NCBI GenBank assembly: GCA_965205865.1
Contig: CBDBHR010000028.1
Span: 544,001 to 608,000, forward strand
From: a bacterium
GTDB taxonomy: Bacteria > SAR324 > NAC60-12
Direction of reading: 5' to 3'
DNA length: 64,000 nt
Shown here one piece after another: positions 1-9,065 of the stretch; within the stretch, counting starts at the first letter, position 1, and every line of letters begins with the position of its first letter. The notes under the pieces are model-generated. The model was not told the DNA's origin. It saw only the letters and a program-made list of their open reading frames with translations, and made no database searches. Both the position numbers and the translations under genes were made by a program.

Positions 1-737
1 ATAGTATAATCGCTCTGCAAGTATTTTACAAGCATTAAAGGCTATCTGTTCTCAGCTAACCGTTTTCACTTACAAAAAAACGGTATATCAATATGATTCA
101 AAAACTGATAGCTGACAGCAGACGGCTAAAAGCTATTTCGCTACAGCGACTATTTAAGGCAAATTTTCTCATATCTAGAAAAGTAAGTCAATATGTTTTT
201 TTTAAGAATATCCGGCACTTTTCAATTCTCAGTTGACAGTTTCTAAAAATCCTCTGGTGATGATATGATGTTTTACATGACTTTCGGCTAAATAAGTAGC
301 GAAATTGAAATAAAACTTTCAGCAAAAGGCGATTTCTTGGAAACTATCACAAAAGAAAACGAAAGACCAGCAGAAATTCTTTAACCCTCTTTGAGGCCTC
401 AGAGGGGGTGAAGGCCTCTTTTGATCGTTGGCCCTCTTGTGAAAAACAAGAGGCCCTGAGGAAGGCCACGACTTGTTTGCCTTCCCCCTCACAAGCCTGA
501 ACTTTGCGATTGGCACCGCAGAACAACTCGACAGAATAGACAAATTTTCTAAAAATCAACGATTCTCTCCAAAAAGGAATCCCCTCACCATATTGAGCTC
601 AGCGCCTTACCAAGGAAGAAAAAGCAGCGGATGAGGAAACCATTTCCAGCAGGGAAACCCTCTTTGCTTTCCTGGAGCACCCGAGGGAGGAGGTCAAATA
701 CTCCGTGAGGCGCCTTCATCCCTTGACCATTTTGAAA

Positions 738-990
738 GAGGTATTTTTTCTTACAATTGCTCCTCTCCCTTTCTCTTCCCCTTGCGAATCATTGTATGTT
801 GTTTCCTTTGAGGTCAATATGTTATCGTTTATTTTGATTCGACTGGTAACAACTTAAGAAAAAAGCGCCCACCAGGCAGTTCACTGGACGCCCACCCCTG
901 CGCTTTTCATGAAGTTTTGTGGCAGACTGTCAGTTCATCTCTATTCCAATGGTCATTATCGGGTGGGCGCAAGTGATCTTTGCGTTAGTC
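738..990 (+). repeat. ~253-bp non-coding leader + attC platform, copy 1 (copy 2 is 38254-38505 on -)
   Basis: Manual alignment to the reverse complement of 38254-38505: about 16 differences in the first 135 nt, roughly 80% identity across the attC part; homology starts abruptly at GAGGT. Confidence 0.9.
866..990 (+). other. attC-like integron recombination site (125 bp, R'' degenerate)
   Basis: CGCCCAC(R'')-CAGGC-AGTTCACTGG...GCCCACCC/GGGTGGGC stem...AAGTGATC-TTTGC-GTTAGTC(R'); the homologous copy at 38254-38377 has TGCCAAC/GTTGGGC cores. Confidence 0.75.
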
Positions 991-1020
991 TTTTGAAGAA
1001 GTTAAACTTAAGAAAACCCA

Positions 1021-1506
1021 ATGAGTAGTGAATTAAGAGAAATCACCGGATTTCGTGGTGAAAAGATCGTCGAGCTTTGTTTGACCGATTATCAAGCATT
1101 TTCACAACCTCTTTTTCGCCCTGGATTTCTCGGTGACAAGTGGCCGGCTATTGACTTATATGTTGAATTAACCGCTGTTCGTGGAAAACGTTTATACTTT
1201 TTTGGACAAGCGAAAGCGACAACCTCTCCGTTGACAGTGCGGTCAATAAATCTTAGTATCTCAACAAAGAAAAAGGACATTGATCATCTCCTACGGATTC
1301 CCGGACCGACGTACATTCTTGGAGTTCATGAACCCTCTAAAAGAGTATTTGTCCGATCTGTTCATACCGGTATTCCTGTTAAAGCCATTACTCGAATACC
1401 ATTAGCATATGAACTCACTGGTGCAAACCTCCAAAAATTGCATGAGGAGGTTCGTAATTATTGGTCAACAACTGACCATAAACCTACATCTTCTGTATTC
1501 GCATGA
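1021..1506 (+). CDS. putative PD-(D/E)XK-fold, DUF4365-like protein (161 aa)
   Basis: N-terminal G..GE helix and IDLYVEL...FFGQAKAT (D...QxK) motif; starts 30 nt after an attC R' site. Confidence 0.6.
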   Translation: MSSELREITGFRGEKIVELCLTDYQAFSQPLFRPGFLGDKWPAIDLYVELTAVRGKRLYFFGQAKATTSPLTVRSINLSISTKKKDIDHLLRIPGPTYILGVHEPSKRVFVRSVHTGIPVKAITRIPLAYELTGANLQKLHEEVRNYWSTTDHKPTSSVFA

Positions 1507-1925
1507 CAGCTAAACAATCCCAGGCATACATGATTGGGCGCAGGGCCGAGCTAATCGTAGAGTTGTTTCTTCAAGAGTTCAATCCGTCCTTCGTCGCTAA
1601 ACCAACAACTGACTTTGGTTACGATTTTTTTGTTGGCTTTCCAAACGCTGATGGTGGCATTAACAATTATGCTATTGAAGTCAAAGCGACTGAGCGGCAA
1701 GTTCCATCGCGTTTCCGCATGAAGACTTCCTTGTATGAGCGTTTGGCTTATTCAAATATTCCGGCATTATTGCTCGTTGTAGACGTGAAACAAAATCGGA
1801 TGTTTTATGCATGGCTCACTCCTGAGGCAACTCAGAGTCGTAACGAAGCTCAAACAGTTTCAATTCCCGTCACAGAAGTAGATGATGCGGCCAAGGAGAA
1901 ACTGCTCAATCAACTTACTAGCTAA
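1503..1925 (+). CDS. DUF4365-like PD-(D/E)XK nuclease-fold protein (140 aa)
   Basis: GRRAE, DFGYDF, YAIEVKAT and NIPALLLVVD motifs; ATGA overlap with the upstream gene; stop codon lies inside the attC R'' site. Confidence 0.7.
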   Translation: MTAKQSQAYMIGRRAELIVELFLQEFNPSFVAKPTTDFGYDFFVGFPNADGGINNYAIEVKATERQVPSRFRMKTSLYERLAYSNIPALLLVVDVKQNRMFYAWLTPEATQSRNEAQTVSIPVTEVDDAAKEKLLNQLTS

Positions 1926-2047
1926 TAAAGCGTTCCACCGGATTTCATGGGGCCGCGCTCCGATCGATACTTCACGCAAGTTTTAAAATTTGTTCCATCA
2001 GCCACGTTCATTGTAGCCCCATGAACCCGGTGAACTTGTCGTTCTGT
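1920..2047 (+). other. attC-like site (128 bp)
   Basis: AGCTAAT-AAAGC-GTTCCACCGG-ATTTCATGGGGC...GCCCCATGAA-CCCGGTGAAC-TTGTC-GTTCTGT: L''/L' pairing with an extra-helical base, and R boxes at canonical spacing. Confidence 0.8.
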
Positions 2048-2095
2048 CACTCTTCTCCATCGAACCCTCTATCCTGCTGTTGCATTCTATCCAGC

Positions 2096-2124
2096 TTGAC
2101 ATTCGGTCATTTTTGTCCGATTCT
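2096..2124 (+). promoter_or_regulatory. putative hicAB promoter with operator palindrome
   Basis: TTGACA at 2096-2101, weak -10 GATTCT at 17 bp, inverted repeat TCGGTCA-N4-TGTCCGA at 2103-2120. Confidence 0.5.
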
Positions 2125-2130
2125 ATTCAT

Positions 2131-2343
2131 ATGACTGGCAATGAATTTATTCGAAAACTTAAGAAGTTGGGACGCAAGAATGGCGTTGAAGTTCGCTTTG
2201 TCGCACAACGTGGTAAAGGAAGTCATGGGACGCTCTTTTATGGAGCAGCCTTTACAGTTGTAAGAAATCCAAAGGACGAACTCAAAAAAGGGACGTTGCA
2301 CGCCATGCTCGCTCAACTCAACCTAGAATTGGAAGATTTATAA
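2131..2343 (+). CDS. hicA: HicA-family toxin
   Basis: 70 aa, RGKGSHGTL motif, ELKKGTLHAMLAQL end; upstream of a hicB-like gene. Confidence 0.85.
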   Translation: MTGNEFIRKLKKLGRKNGVEVRFVAQRGKGSHGTLFYGAAFTVVRNPKDELKKGTLHAMLAQLNLELEDL

Positions 2344-2352
2344 GAGGTCGTT

Positions 2353-2874
2353 ATGCAGAGTTTTGTTTATCCAGTGAAACTTACAGCTGATAAAGAGGAT
2401 GGAGGGTTTGTTGTCACCTTTCGAGATTTGCCCGAAGCAATTAGCCAAGGAGAAAACATCAAAGATGCCTTATCTGAGGCAGTCGATTGTCTTGAAGAAG
2501 CGATCGCCAATCGGATCGTGATGGATTTGTCTATTCCAATCCCATCTAATTGTAAAAAAGGAGAATATTTGATGGGTGGTCTCCGCAAACTGCTTAGCAT
2601 AATAGGCTTCCTTTTGGAAGAAGATGGTAGTACCACAACTACCACTTCTCTCCAACAAGGAAGCCATGAATCCATTAAATACAGAGTTACGCTTATTTTG
2701 TCCATGTCCTCACTGTCCACATTATCAGCAACCAGAGAATCGGATTTGGAAGATGGGGACCTATCCGGTGCAATCCGAATCCGGACGACGCCAATTGTAT
2801 TGGTGTTCAAGGCCAACACAAATTTTTGGAAACGCATTTCAGTGAAGAGAATTTTAAGAGAGCCGCCTGGATAA
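2353..2874 (+). pseudogene. hicB: HicB-family antitoxin; first ~73 aa are HicB, C-terminus replaced by IS-derived read-through
   Basis: YPVKL..DKEDGGFVVTFRDLPEAISQGE...IPIPS motif; similarity ends near 2573. Confidence 0.8.
2575..2867 (+). mobile_element. internally deleted IS1-like remnant (Zn-finger N-terminus)
   Basis: ORF 2624-2845 FCPCPHCPHY...KMGTY...RRQLYWC resembles IS1-family N-terminal zinc fingers; weak terminal IR GGTGGTCTC / GAGAGCCGCC. Confidence 0.5.
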
Positions 2875-2911
2875 GGGGGTGTATCCCTAATCGTAATTCT
2901 GCCGACTCCCC

Positions 2912-3697
2912 CTATTTTCTGTATAGTTCCCGTTTTTTTTCATTACTGCTGCCATACCACTTTGCTTCCCAAGAGTCTTCCCTCCAAACATTTTCAAAGG
3001 GGTAAACATCAAAGACGGGAGTGTAGGCACGCGGATGTTGGGTGACAGCAAGTAAAATCACTGCTGCGATATCTTCAGGCTGCATAAGTTTTTCACGATA
3101 GACATCATGATTATCATGCTGCATCTTTGTATCGACGTTTCCTGGACGAATGAGTATCGCCCTCACCCCATGGGGATGCCCCTCTTCTTGTGTAATCCCC
3201 GTGAGACCTCCTAACCCCCACTTGGCTGAGGCATAGGCCGCCATCTTGTAAGGGTAGTACTTTCCTGCAAGAGAAGAGACATTGACGATGTGCCCACTTC
3301 CTTGCTGACACATATGACTGAACACTGCTTGAGTACAAAGAAAAACAGCTTTGAGGTTGACGTTGATTTGAATGTCCCAGTCCTCCTCACTGATATCAGG
3401 AATAGCTTTATGATCAGCAAATCCGGCATTATTCACCAGGATATCGACCTTGCCAAAACGGTCTGAGGTTTGTTGGACCATGGCATCCACATCCGCCTTC
3501 TTAGCAACGTCTGTTGCCACCGCAAGCACTTCCCTGCTTATACTGCGAATTTCCTCAGCAACGACTTCGATCTCAGAGACAGTGCGCGCTGCCAGAACCA
3601 AGTGAGCGCCTTCCTGAGCCAAGGCCAGTGCCGTGGCTCTGCCAATGCCCCTACCGGCGCCTGTGACGATAGCCACTTTTCCTTCCAGTTTCATCAT
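2912..3697 (-). CDS. SDR-family oxidoreductase
   Basis: TGAGRGIG, NNAG and YASAK motifs. Confidence 0.9.
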   Translation of the reverse strand: MMKLEGKVAIVTGAGRGIGRATALALAQEGAHLVLAARTVSEIEVVAEEIRSISREVLAVATDVAKKADVDAMVQQTSDRFGKVDILVNNAGFADHKAIPDISEEDWDIQINVNLKAVFLCTQAVFSHMCQQGSGHIVNVSSLAGKYYPYKMAAYASAKWGLGGLTGITQEEGHPHGVRAILIRPGNVDTKMQHDNHDVYREKLMQPEDIAAVILLAVTQHPRAYTPVFDVYPFENVWREDSWEAKWYGSSNEKKRELYRK

Positions 3698-3973
3698 AAT
3701 TTTTCCTTAAAGATTGATAATTAGTATCTTGTGATTTTCTCCATATTTCGAATTTTATCGGACTTTCAGCCTCCTAACGGGTAGAATTCTTTTAGAACAA
3801 GAAAGCACCTTTGAGGGTGTTTTTGAAGAATTCATCCATCAAGAAGTAGCCTCATGATAGAATCAAATTATGAAGAAGTCCACTCTCAGGAGTGAATTAA
3901 GAGAAATATTTCAGATTCGACATGAGCCAAAAAAAACAAAAAAAGGGCTCGGCTTGGCAGGTTTGTCAGTCAA

Positions 3974-5952
3974 TCAGTACCAGTGGTAGTCGGAATCTTC
4001 GGGGTATTTGGTTTGGTTCCAGAATTCGAGCAAGGTGAAGGGCCAATTCTGGCTCACCCGGCCTTTGACGCTTTTGTACCAGCTATTGACATGGGGGGCG
4101 CCCCAGGGGCGATTGAGATTCCCTTCATCGATCCATTGGTTGTAGGAGTCATGGACTGCCGATTTGCAATCGAGGGCCGCCTGACCGGATCTGAGCAGTT
4201 GTTCAAAACATCCCAGGATGTAGCGCATTTCGCATTCGGAAAAGAATATGATACTGCCGTTGGCCACAATATTCGTATTGGGGCCATACATGCAAAACAG
4301 ATTGGGAAATTGGGGAATGGTGATGCCCAAGTAAGCCCGTGGATCGCCGTCCCAGTGTTCTTGCAGGTCGACCCCACCCCGCCCTTTGATGGTCATCGGC
4401 CAGAGCATGCGACTGGGATAAAATCCGCAGGCATAGAGGATCACGTCCACCTCATAATTTTTATTGGTTTTGCTCCTCAGCCCCGTCTCCGTGATGGCAT
4501 CAATCGGATCGGTGATGAGATGAACATTCTCGCGTTTCAGGGCCCGGAGCCAATGCCCGTTGTCGAGCAGCATCCGCTTACCTGCCGGGGGATAGGGCGG
4601 GATACATTTTTCTAATAATTCCTTATCGTCTCCAACAATTTTAGTGATGCCTTCGGTGAACAACTCCCGAATCTCTTCATTGAGCGCACTGATGGAGCGG
4701 GTTTGGTACGGCCAGGCTTCGTCTTTTTGCACGTATTTGAGGATCCCTTCGGCATTTTGCCAGAATAAGAACAACCGGAACCATTTGGCATAATAGGGCA
4801 AATGGTGGTTCAGCCAATGCCCCTCCTCCGAGTAATCGTCATGGTATTCAGGAATGTGTATGATCCAATTCGGCGTGCGTTGAAACACATAAACTTTCTC
4901 AGCTTGTTGGGCGATCTCCGGAACAGACTGAAAGGCACTGGCGCCTGTGCCCACGACGGCAATCCGCTTACCGGTCAAATCATGCTCGTGCTGCCAGCGG
5001 GCGGTATGAAAGGCAATCCCTTTAAACGACTTCCGTCCTTCAATTTCAGGGAGTTTGGGACGATTGAGTTGACCGACCGCACTGATGATGGCGTTGGCCT
5101 GCAGGGTTTCTCGCGCACCATCCTGCCCTTCAATCCGGACGGTCCAGGTGTTTGTGATTTCATCGTATTCGGCGGATTCCACCGAGGTTTTGAAGCGGAT
5201 ATTCGGCCGGATGCCAAATTCATCGGCACAGCGGGTGAAGTACTCCCGCAGTACCGGTTGCGTCGAAAAAATCTTAGGCCAGTCCTGAGGTTTGAAGGAG
5301 TAGGAATATGTATGGTTGGGATTGTCCACCCGGCACCCCGGATAAGTATTCTCATACCAGGTGCCTCCCACATTCGCGTTTTTCTCAATGACGGTATAGG
5401 CAATGCCGGTTTCCTCGAGCCGGAAAGCGGCCAAGATCCCGGACATCCCGGAACCGATGATGATGACGTGAAACGCGGCTCGTTTCTCAGGCGGGATCTC
5501 TTGTAACCCCGGTTGTTCAAACGGGTCTCTTCCGTCTAAAAGCAATTCAGCCATCAAGAATTTCCCATAATCCGCAGGCAGGGGTTCCCATTTTAATAGA
5601 TCGACCATGAAATCCATCATTTCCCGCACCTGCTCCACATTGGAAGGGGGAGCCAACGGGCAGCCCATTGGAAGGGGGAGCCAACGGGCAGCTCATCCCT
5701 GTCGCGATAATTCTTGAGGATCTCCAAGGCTTGTGCCCGCACCTGCGCTTGTTGCTCTTCACTGACGCCAAACGTACGATCAAACGGTGTGCGGGATTTC
5801 GGGCGAATCTCCCCCCGGATGAGGGACATGTCTCCTGTCACCATGGCCAGCGAGACTATCAACACTGGGATATTGGCTTTCTCCAAAACCGCTTTGAGGG
5901 TTTCATCGTCTTCGCTGATCGGCTCCCAGCTATCAAATTGCGTTTTACTCAT
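3974..5952 (-). pseudogene. Baeyer-Villiger monooxygenase (4-hydroxyacetophenone monooxygenase-like), frameshifted at ~5638-5696
   Basis: GSGMSG, GGTWYENTYPG, FKGIAFHTARW (BVMO fingerprint), GTGASA; the N-terminal part from 5952 is in a different frame; duplicated 27-mer at the junction. Confidence 0.85.
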
Positions 5953-6029
5953 GATTCTCCATTTTAATAGATCGTCAAATGTTTCTTCCAGGTTTGATTG
6001 AAAAAGGCAAAATTCAAGACTTGAGCTCT

Positions 6030-6800
6030 TTAACACCGTTTAGCCACACCCCCATCAACCATATAAATGCTACCGGTGCAATGTCGACTTTCATCACTGG
6101 CCAGAAAGAGAATCATCCGGGCAATGTCACGGGGGGTCGCATAATGTTTCAGGCTGATCCCTTGTTCAATCTTTCGTTTGGCTTCTTCGCTGTCCTCTGG
6201 TGATATTTGTTCCTCAATGGAGCGCATCATACGGGTCTCAGTAGATCCGGGATTGATAGTGTTGACCCGAATGCCCATGGGACCACATTCGGTGGCAGCG
6301 GTACGCATAAGACCGATGACGGCGTGTTTGCTGGCCACATAGGCCGACATGCAGTTATCGCCGCTGAGACCGGAGGTGGAGGAAGTGATGACAATGCTGC
6401 CGCCAACTCCTTTTTGCATCTCCGGGATGACATATTTGAGCCCTAACCACACCCCACGGACATTTATGGCCATCACTTTATCAAAGGTCTCAATGGAGTA
6501 GTCCGGTATCGGTTTGATCTCTCCTTCGATGCCGGCATTGTTGATGAAGACATCGATGCCCCCCCACCGTTCAACGGCTGTCCGGGTGTAGTGTTGGACT
6601 TGCTCCGGCTGGGTCACATCGGCCACCACATAACTGGCGGTATCGCTGCCGATGGTGGCCACCGCCTCTTGCAGGGCATTTTCATTCAGGTCCACCAGCA
6701 GCACTTTTGCGCCCTCCTGAACAAAAAGGGTGCTGGTTGCCAGGCCGATCCCGCCTGTGCCTCCGGTGACAATCGCTCTTTTTTCAGCTAATCGTGTCAT
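6030..6800 (-). CDS. SDR-family oxidoreductase
   Basis: TGGTGGIG, NNAGIEG, YVASK, DGG motifs; AAGGAG RBS. Confidence 0.92.
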   Translation of the reverse strand: MTRLAEKRAIVTGGTGGIGLATSTLFVQEGAKVLLVDLNENALQEAVATIGSDTASYVVADVTQPEQVQHYTRTAVERWGGIDVFINNAGIEGEIKPIPDYSIETFDKVMAINVRGVWLGLKYVIPEMQKGVGGSIVITSSTSGLSGDNCMSAYVASKHAVIGLMRTAATECGPMGIRVNTINPGSTETRMMRSIEEQISPEDSEEAKRKIEQGISLKHYATPRDIARMILFLASDESRHCTGSIYMVDGGVAKRC

Positions 6801-6819
6801 GCTTTATCTCCTTTGAAAA

Positions 6820-6915
6820 TCAATCCTTGCAGAAATCTGTGATCAATTGGTTGACCTCGGTGGCACTTTCCATCCGGAGCATGTGACCGCCGTCTTCAAT
6901 GATATGGACATTCTT
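6820..6915 (-). pseudogene. C-terminal fragment of an alpha/beta hydrolase
   Basis: VHIIEDGGHMLRME..TEVNQLITDF matches the catalytic-His C-terminus; the upstream sequence is unrelated. Confidence 0.55.
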
Positions 6916-7361
6916 CGACCTCTTTGCTGACGCCCTCACTGCCTCCTTCCTCAACTCCGCCCCCGATCTGCGCTGGCTGTCCGACGCCTGATCCGGATGA
7001 TGATCAGAGAGGCTGACATCCTCTGAACGCTTACCTTGCTTCACTCCTGTTTTAGTTAGTGCTTGGCTGAAAATCAGGTAACTACAAGATATTTAAAGGT
7101 ATTCACCTATTTTCAAGAAACGAGGATTTTGAGGAAACTCATCAAAAATCCCATTTTTTGCTGATTTTGGCCATCTGAACACTGTATCAAACAAATCTTC
7201 AGATTTTCAAGATGATTTTTTTGCCTGAGAAAGGCAATCATTCTGAAATCAGATTTTGATCATCAAATCCATGGATGTTTGAGTGAGAATGAGCATCAAA
7301 ATGCTGTTTTCAGATGTGGAAAATCTTCATTTCTCATGTCTTGGACGCACTCATCCCCTTA

Positions 7362-7516
7362 GGAATGAAATTTAAATAAGTTAGAAGTATGGATACGCAA
7401 AATTAGGGTACAGGTAACAGCAGGAAAACAGTAGAGTTGGGATGCGCAGCGTTGTACATGTCCCCCAATTTTGCTCACACCATTGGAAGAATTACAGGTT
7501 ATTTAAGGTTTGTTCC
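7362..7516. mobile_element. 155-bp MITE, copy 1 (IS5/PIF-like, TTA duplication)
   Basis: Near-identical to 24883-25040; imperfect TIR GGAATGAAATTTAAATAA / TTATTTAAGGTTTGTTCC; flanked by TTA on both sides. Confidence 0.8.
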
Positions 7517-7693
7517 TTAACTTTAATGTTTTTGTTTTTTAATTGAAGCGAAACCCGTTGATCAGATTGGCGCCAATGCATGCTGGCAGGTGGCAAAAAG
7601 TTGGCCCAATTGCAAGCGCTCAAAGGTCGTTTTGGGTATTTTCAAGATCAGTTTTCCGGCATGTTGAAGTGTCCGGAGACACTCTGAAAGAAT

Positions 7694-7769
7694 TGGAGCG
7701 AGAAACGAGGTTCGAACTCGCGACCTCAACCTTGGCAAGGTTGCGCTCTACCTACTGAGCTATTCTCGC
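7694..7769 (-). tRNA. tRNA-Gly(GCC)
   Basis: GCGAGAATAGCTCAGTAGGTAGAGCGCAACCTTGCCAAGGTTGAGGTCGCGAGTTCGAACCTCGTTTCTCGCTCCA: 76-nt cloverleaf with encoded CCA. Confidence 0.98.
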
Positions 7770-7936
7770 TCGGGAAGAAAGTGTGACAATTTAATCAATT
7801 TTTAACAGAGAGTCAATATTATTTTTAAATGGCGACCTCCTACTCTCAATCGTTTCGATTTTTCTGAATTATTAGAAATTCGACAGAGGATAGCAAACAC
7901 TCCCCAAAAAATTTAAAGATCCAACTAAATCATTTT

Positions 7937-9001
7937 TCAATGACAGGTCATGCGAGAATGAGAAAAAACCGTAAAATGTTTAATCCGAATGGTGACGCGC
8001 TGATCACGCTGCCAATTTTCTCGGGAGGAGACACGGGCTTTGATCTGATTTCCTGTCAGGAGTTGGATTTTCAGTATTTGTTGATCCCCTGAAAAATCAA
8101 TGTGTTGAATTATTCCGTGATCTTTTTTATAGTCGGCGCCTTCAACCAGAATATCTTCAGGACGAACCATCAAGTGTTGTGATTTTTTTTGCAGAGTCGA
8201 ATTGCCGTTGAGATCGACAACATCATGCTTTTGCGAAAAGGGATCCAAATAACTTGAAGCCGTTTCAAAGGGTAAGAAGTTGGCTTCTCCCACAAAAGTG
8301 GCCACCCAGGAATCTATGGGGGCATGATAAATCCCTGTGGGTGTTCCTTCTTGAATGATATTTCCTTGTTTCATGATCACCATTCGATCTGCAAAAGTAA
8401 ATGCTTCAGATTGGTCATGGGTCACCAAAATAACGCTGACTTCTTTCTGACGCAAAATATCGCGAATATCTTGCCGTAACTGAACTCGGAGTTGATAATC
8501 CAAACTACTAAAAGGTTCGTCCAGTAAAATCAATGCGGGCGAAGGAGCGAGGGAACGTGCGACAGCAACCCGTTGTTGTTGCCCGCCAGAGAGCATGTGT
8601 GGCATTTTGTCCGCACAATCTGCCAAACTGACCAGTGCCAGCATTTCTTTCACTCGTCGTCGCTTTTCTTTATTGCTGCCTTTTAACCCGAAAGCAATGT
8701 TTTCGCTGACATTCAAATGAGGGAACAAAGAAATATCCTGAAAGACCATCCCCAAGCCGCGTTGTTCAGGAACAACCAACCTCTCCCGTTCAGAAACGAC
8801 TTGATTTTGCAGCAATACTTTTCCGCGGTCCAGTGTTTCCAAGCCGGCAATCATACGTAAAATAGTCGATTTGCCACAACCGGAAGGTCCCAGAATCGCC
8901 AGAAATTCTCTGCGATAGAGTTGGAAACTTACATTGCTTACTGCTTTGAGGGGGCCAAAGTTTTTGCTGACGGATTGACATTCCAGAATAAGTGTTTTCA
9001 A
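7937..9001 (-). CDS. fbpC: Fe3+ ABC transporter ATP-binding protein
   Basis: GPSGCGKST, LSGGQQQR, LLDEPF; operon context. Confidence 0.88.
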   Translation of the reverse strand: MKTLILECQSVSKNFGPLKAVSNVSFQLYRREFLAILGPSGCGKSTILRMIAGLETLDRGKVLLQNQVVSERERLVVPEQRGLGMVFQDISLFPHLNVSENIAFGLKGSNKEKRRRVKEMLALVSLADCADKMPHMLSGGQQQRVAVARSLAPSPALILLDEPFSSLDYQLRVQLRQDIRDILRQKEVSVILVTHDQSEAFTFADRMVIMKQGNIIQEGTPTGIYHAPIDSWVATFVGEANFLPFETASSYLDPFSQKHDVVDLNGNSTLQKKSQHLMVRPEDILVEGADYKKDHGIIQHIDFSGDQQILKIQLLTGNQIKARVSSRENWQRDQRVTIRIKHFTVFSHSRMTCH

Positions 9002-9065
9002 TTTTATAAACTAACCTCCATTTGGCGTAAATCTGCAAAGCCAGCATAACCTACAACTTTTTATC

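Noticed and set aside
2367-2837. 156-aa antisense ORF across hicB and the IS remnant
   Set aside because: Spans a junction of two unrelated elements; no recognisable motif or RBS
7057-7352. Possible MITE left of the 155-bp element
   Set aside because: Terminal similarity is limited to AGTGC, with no second copy or TSD
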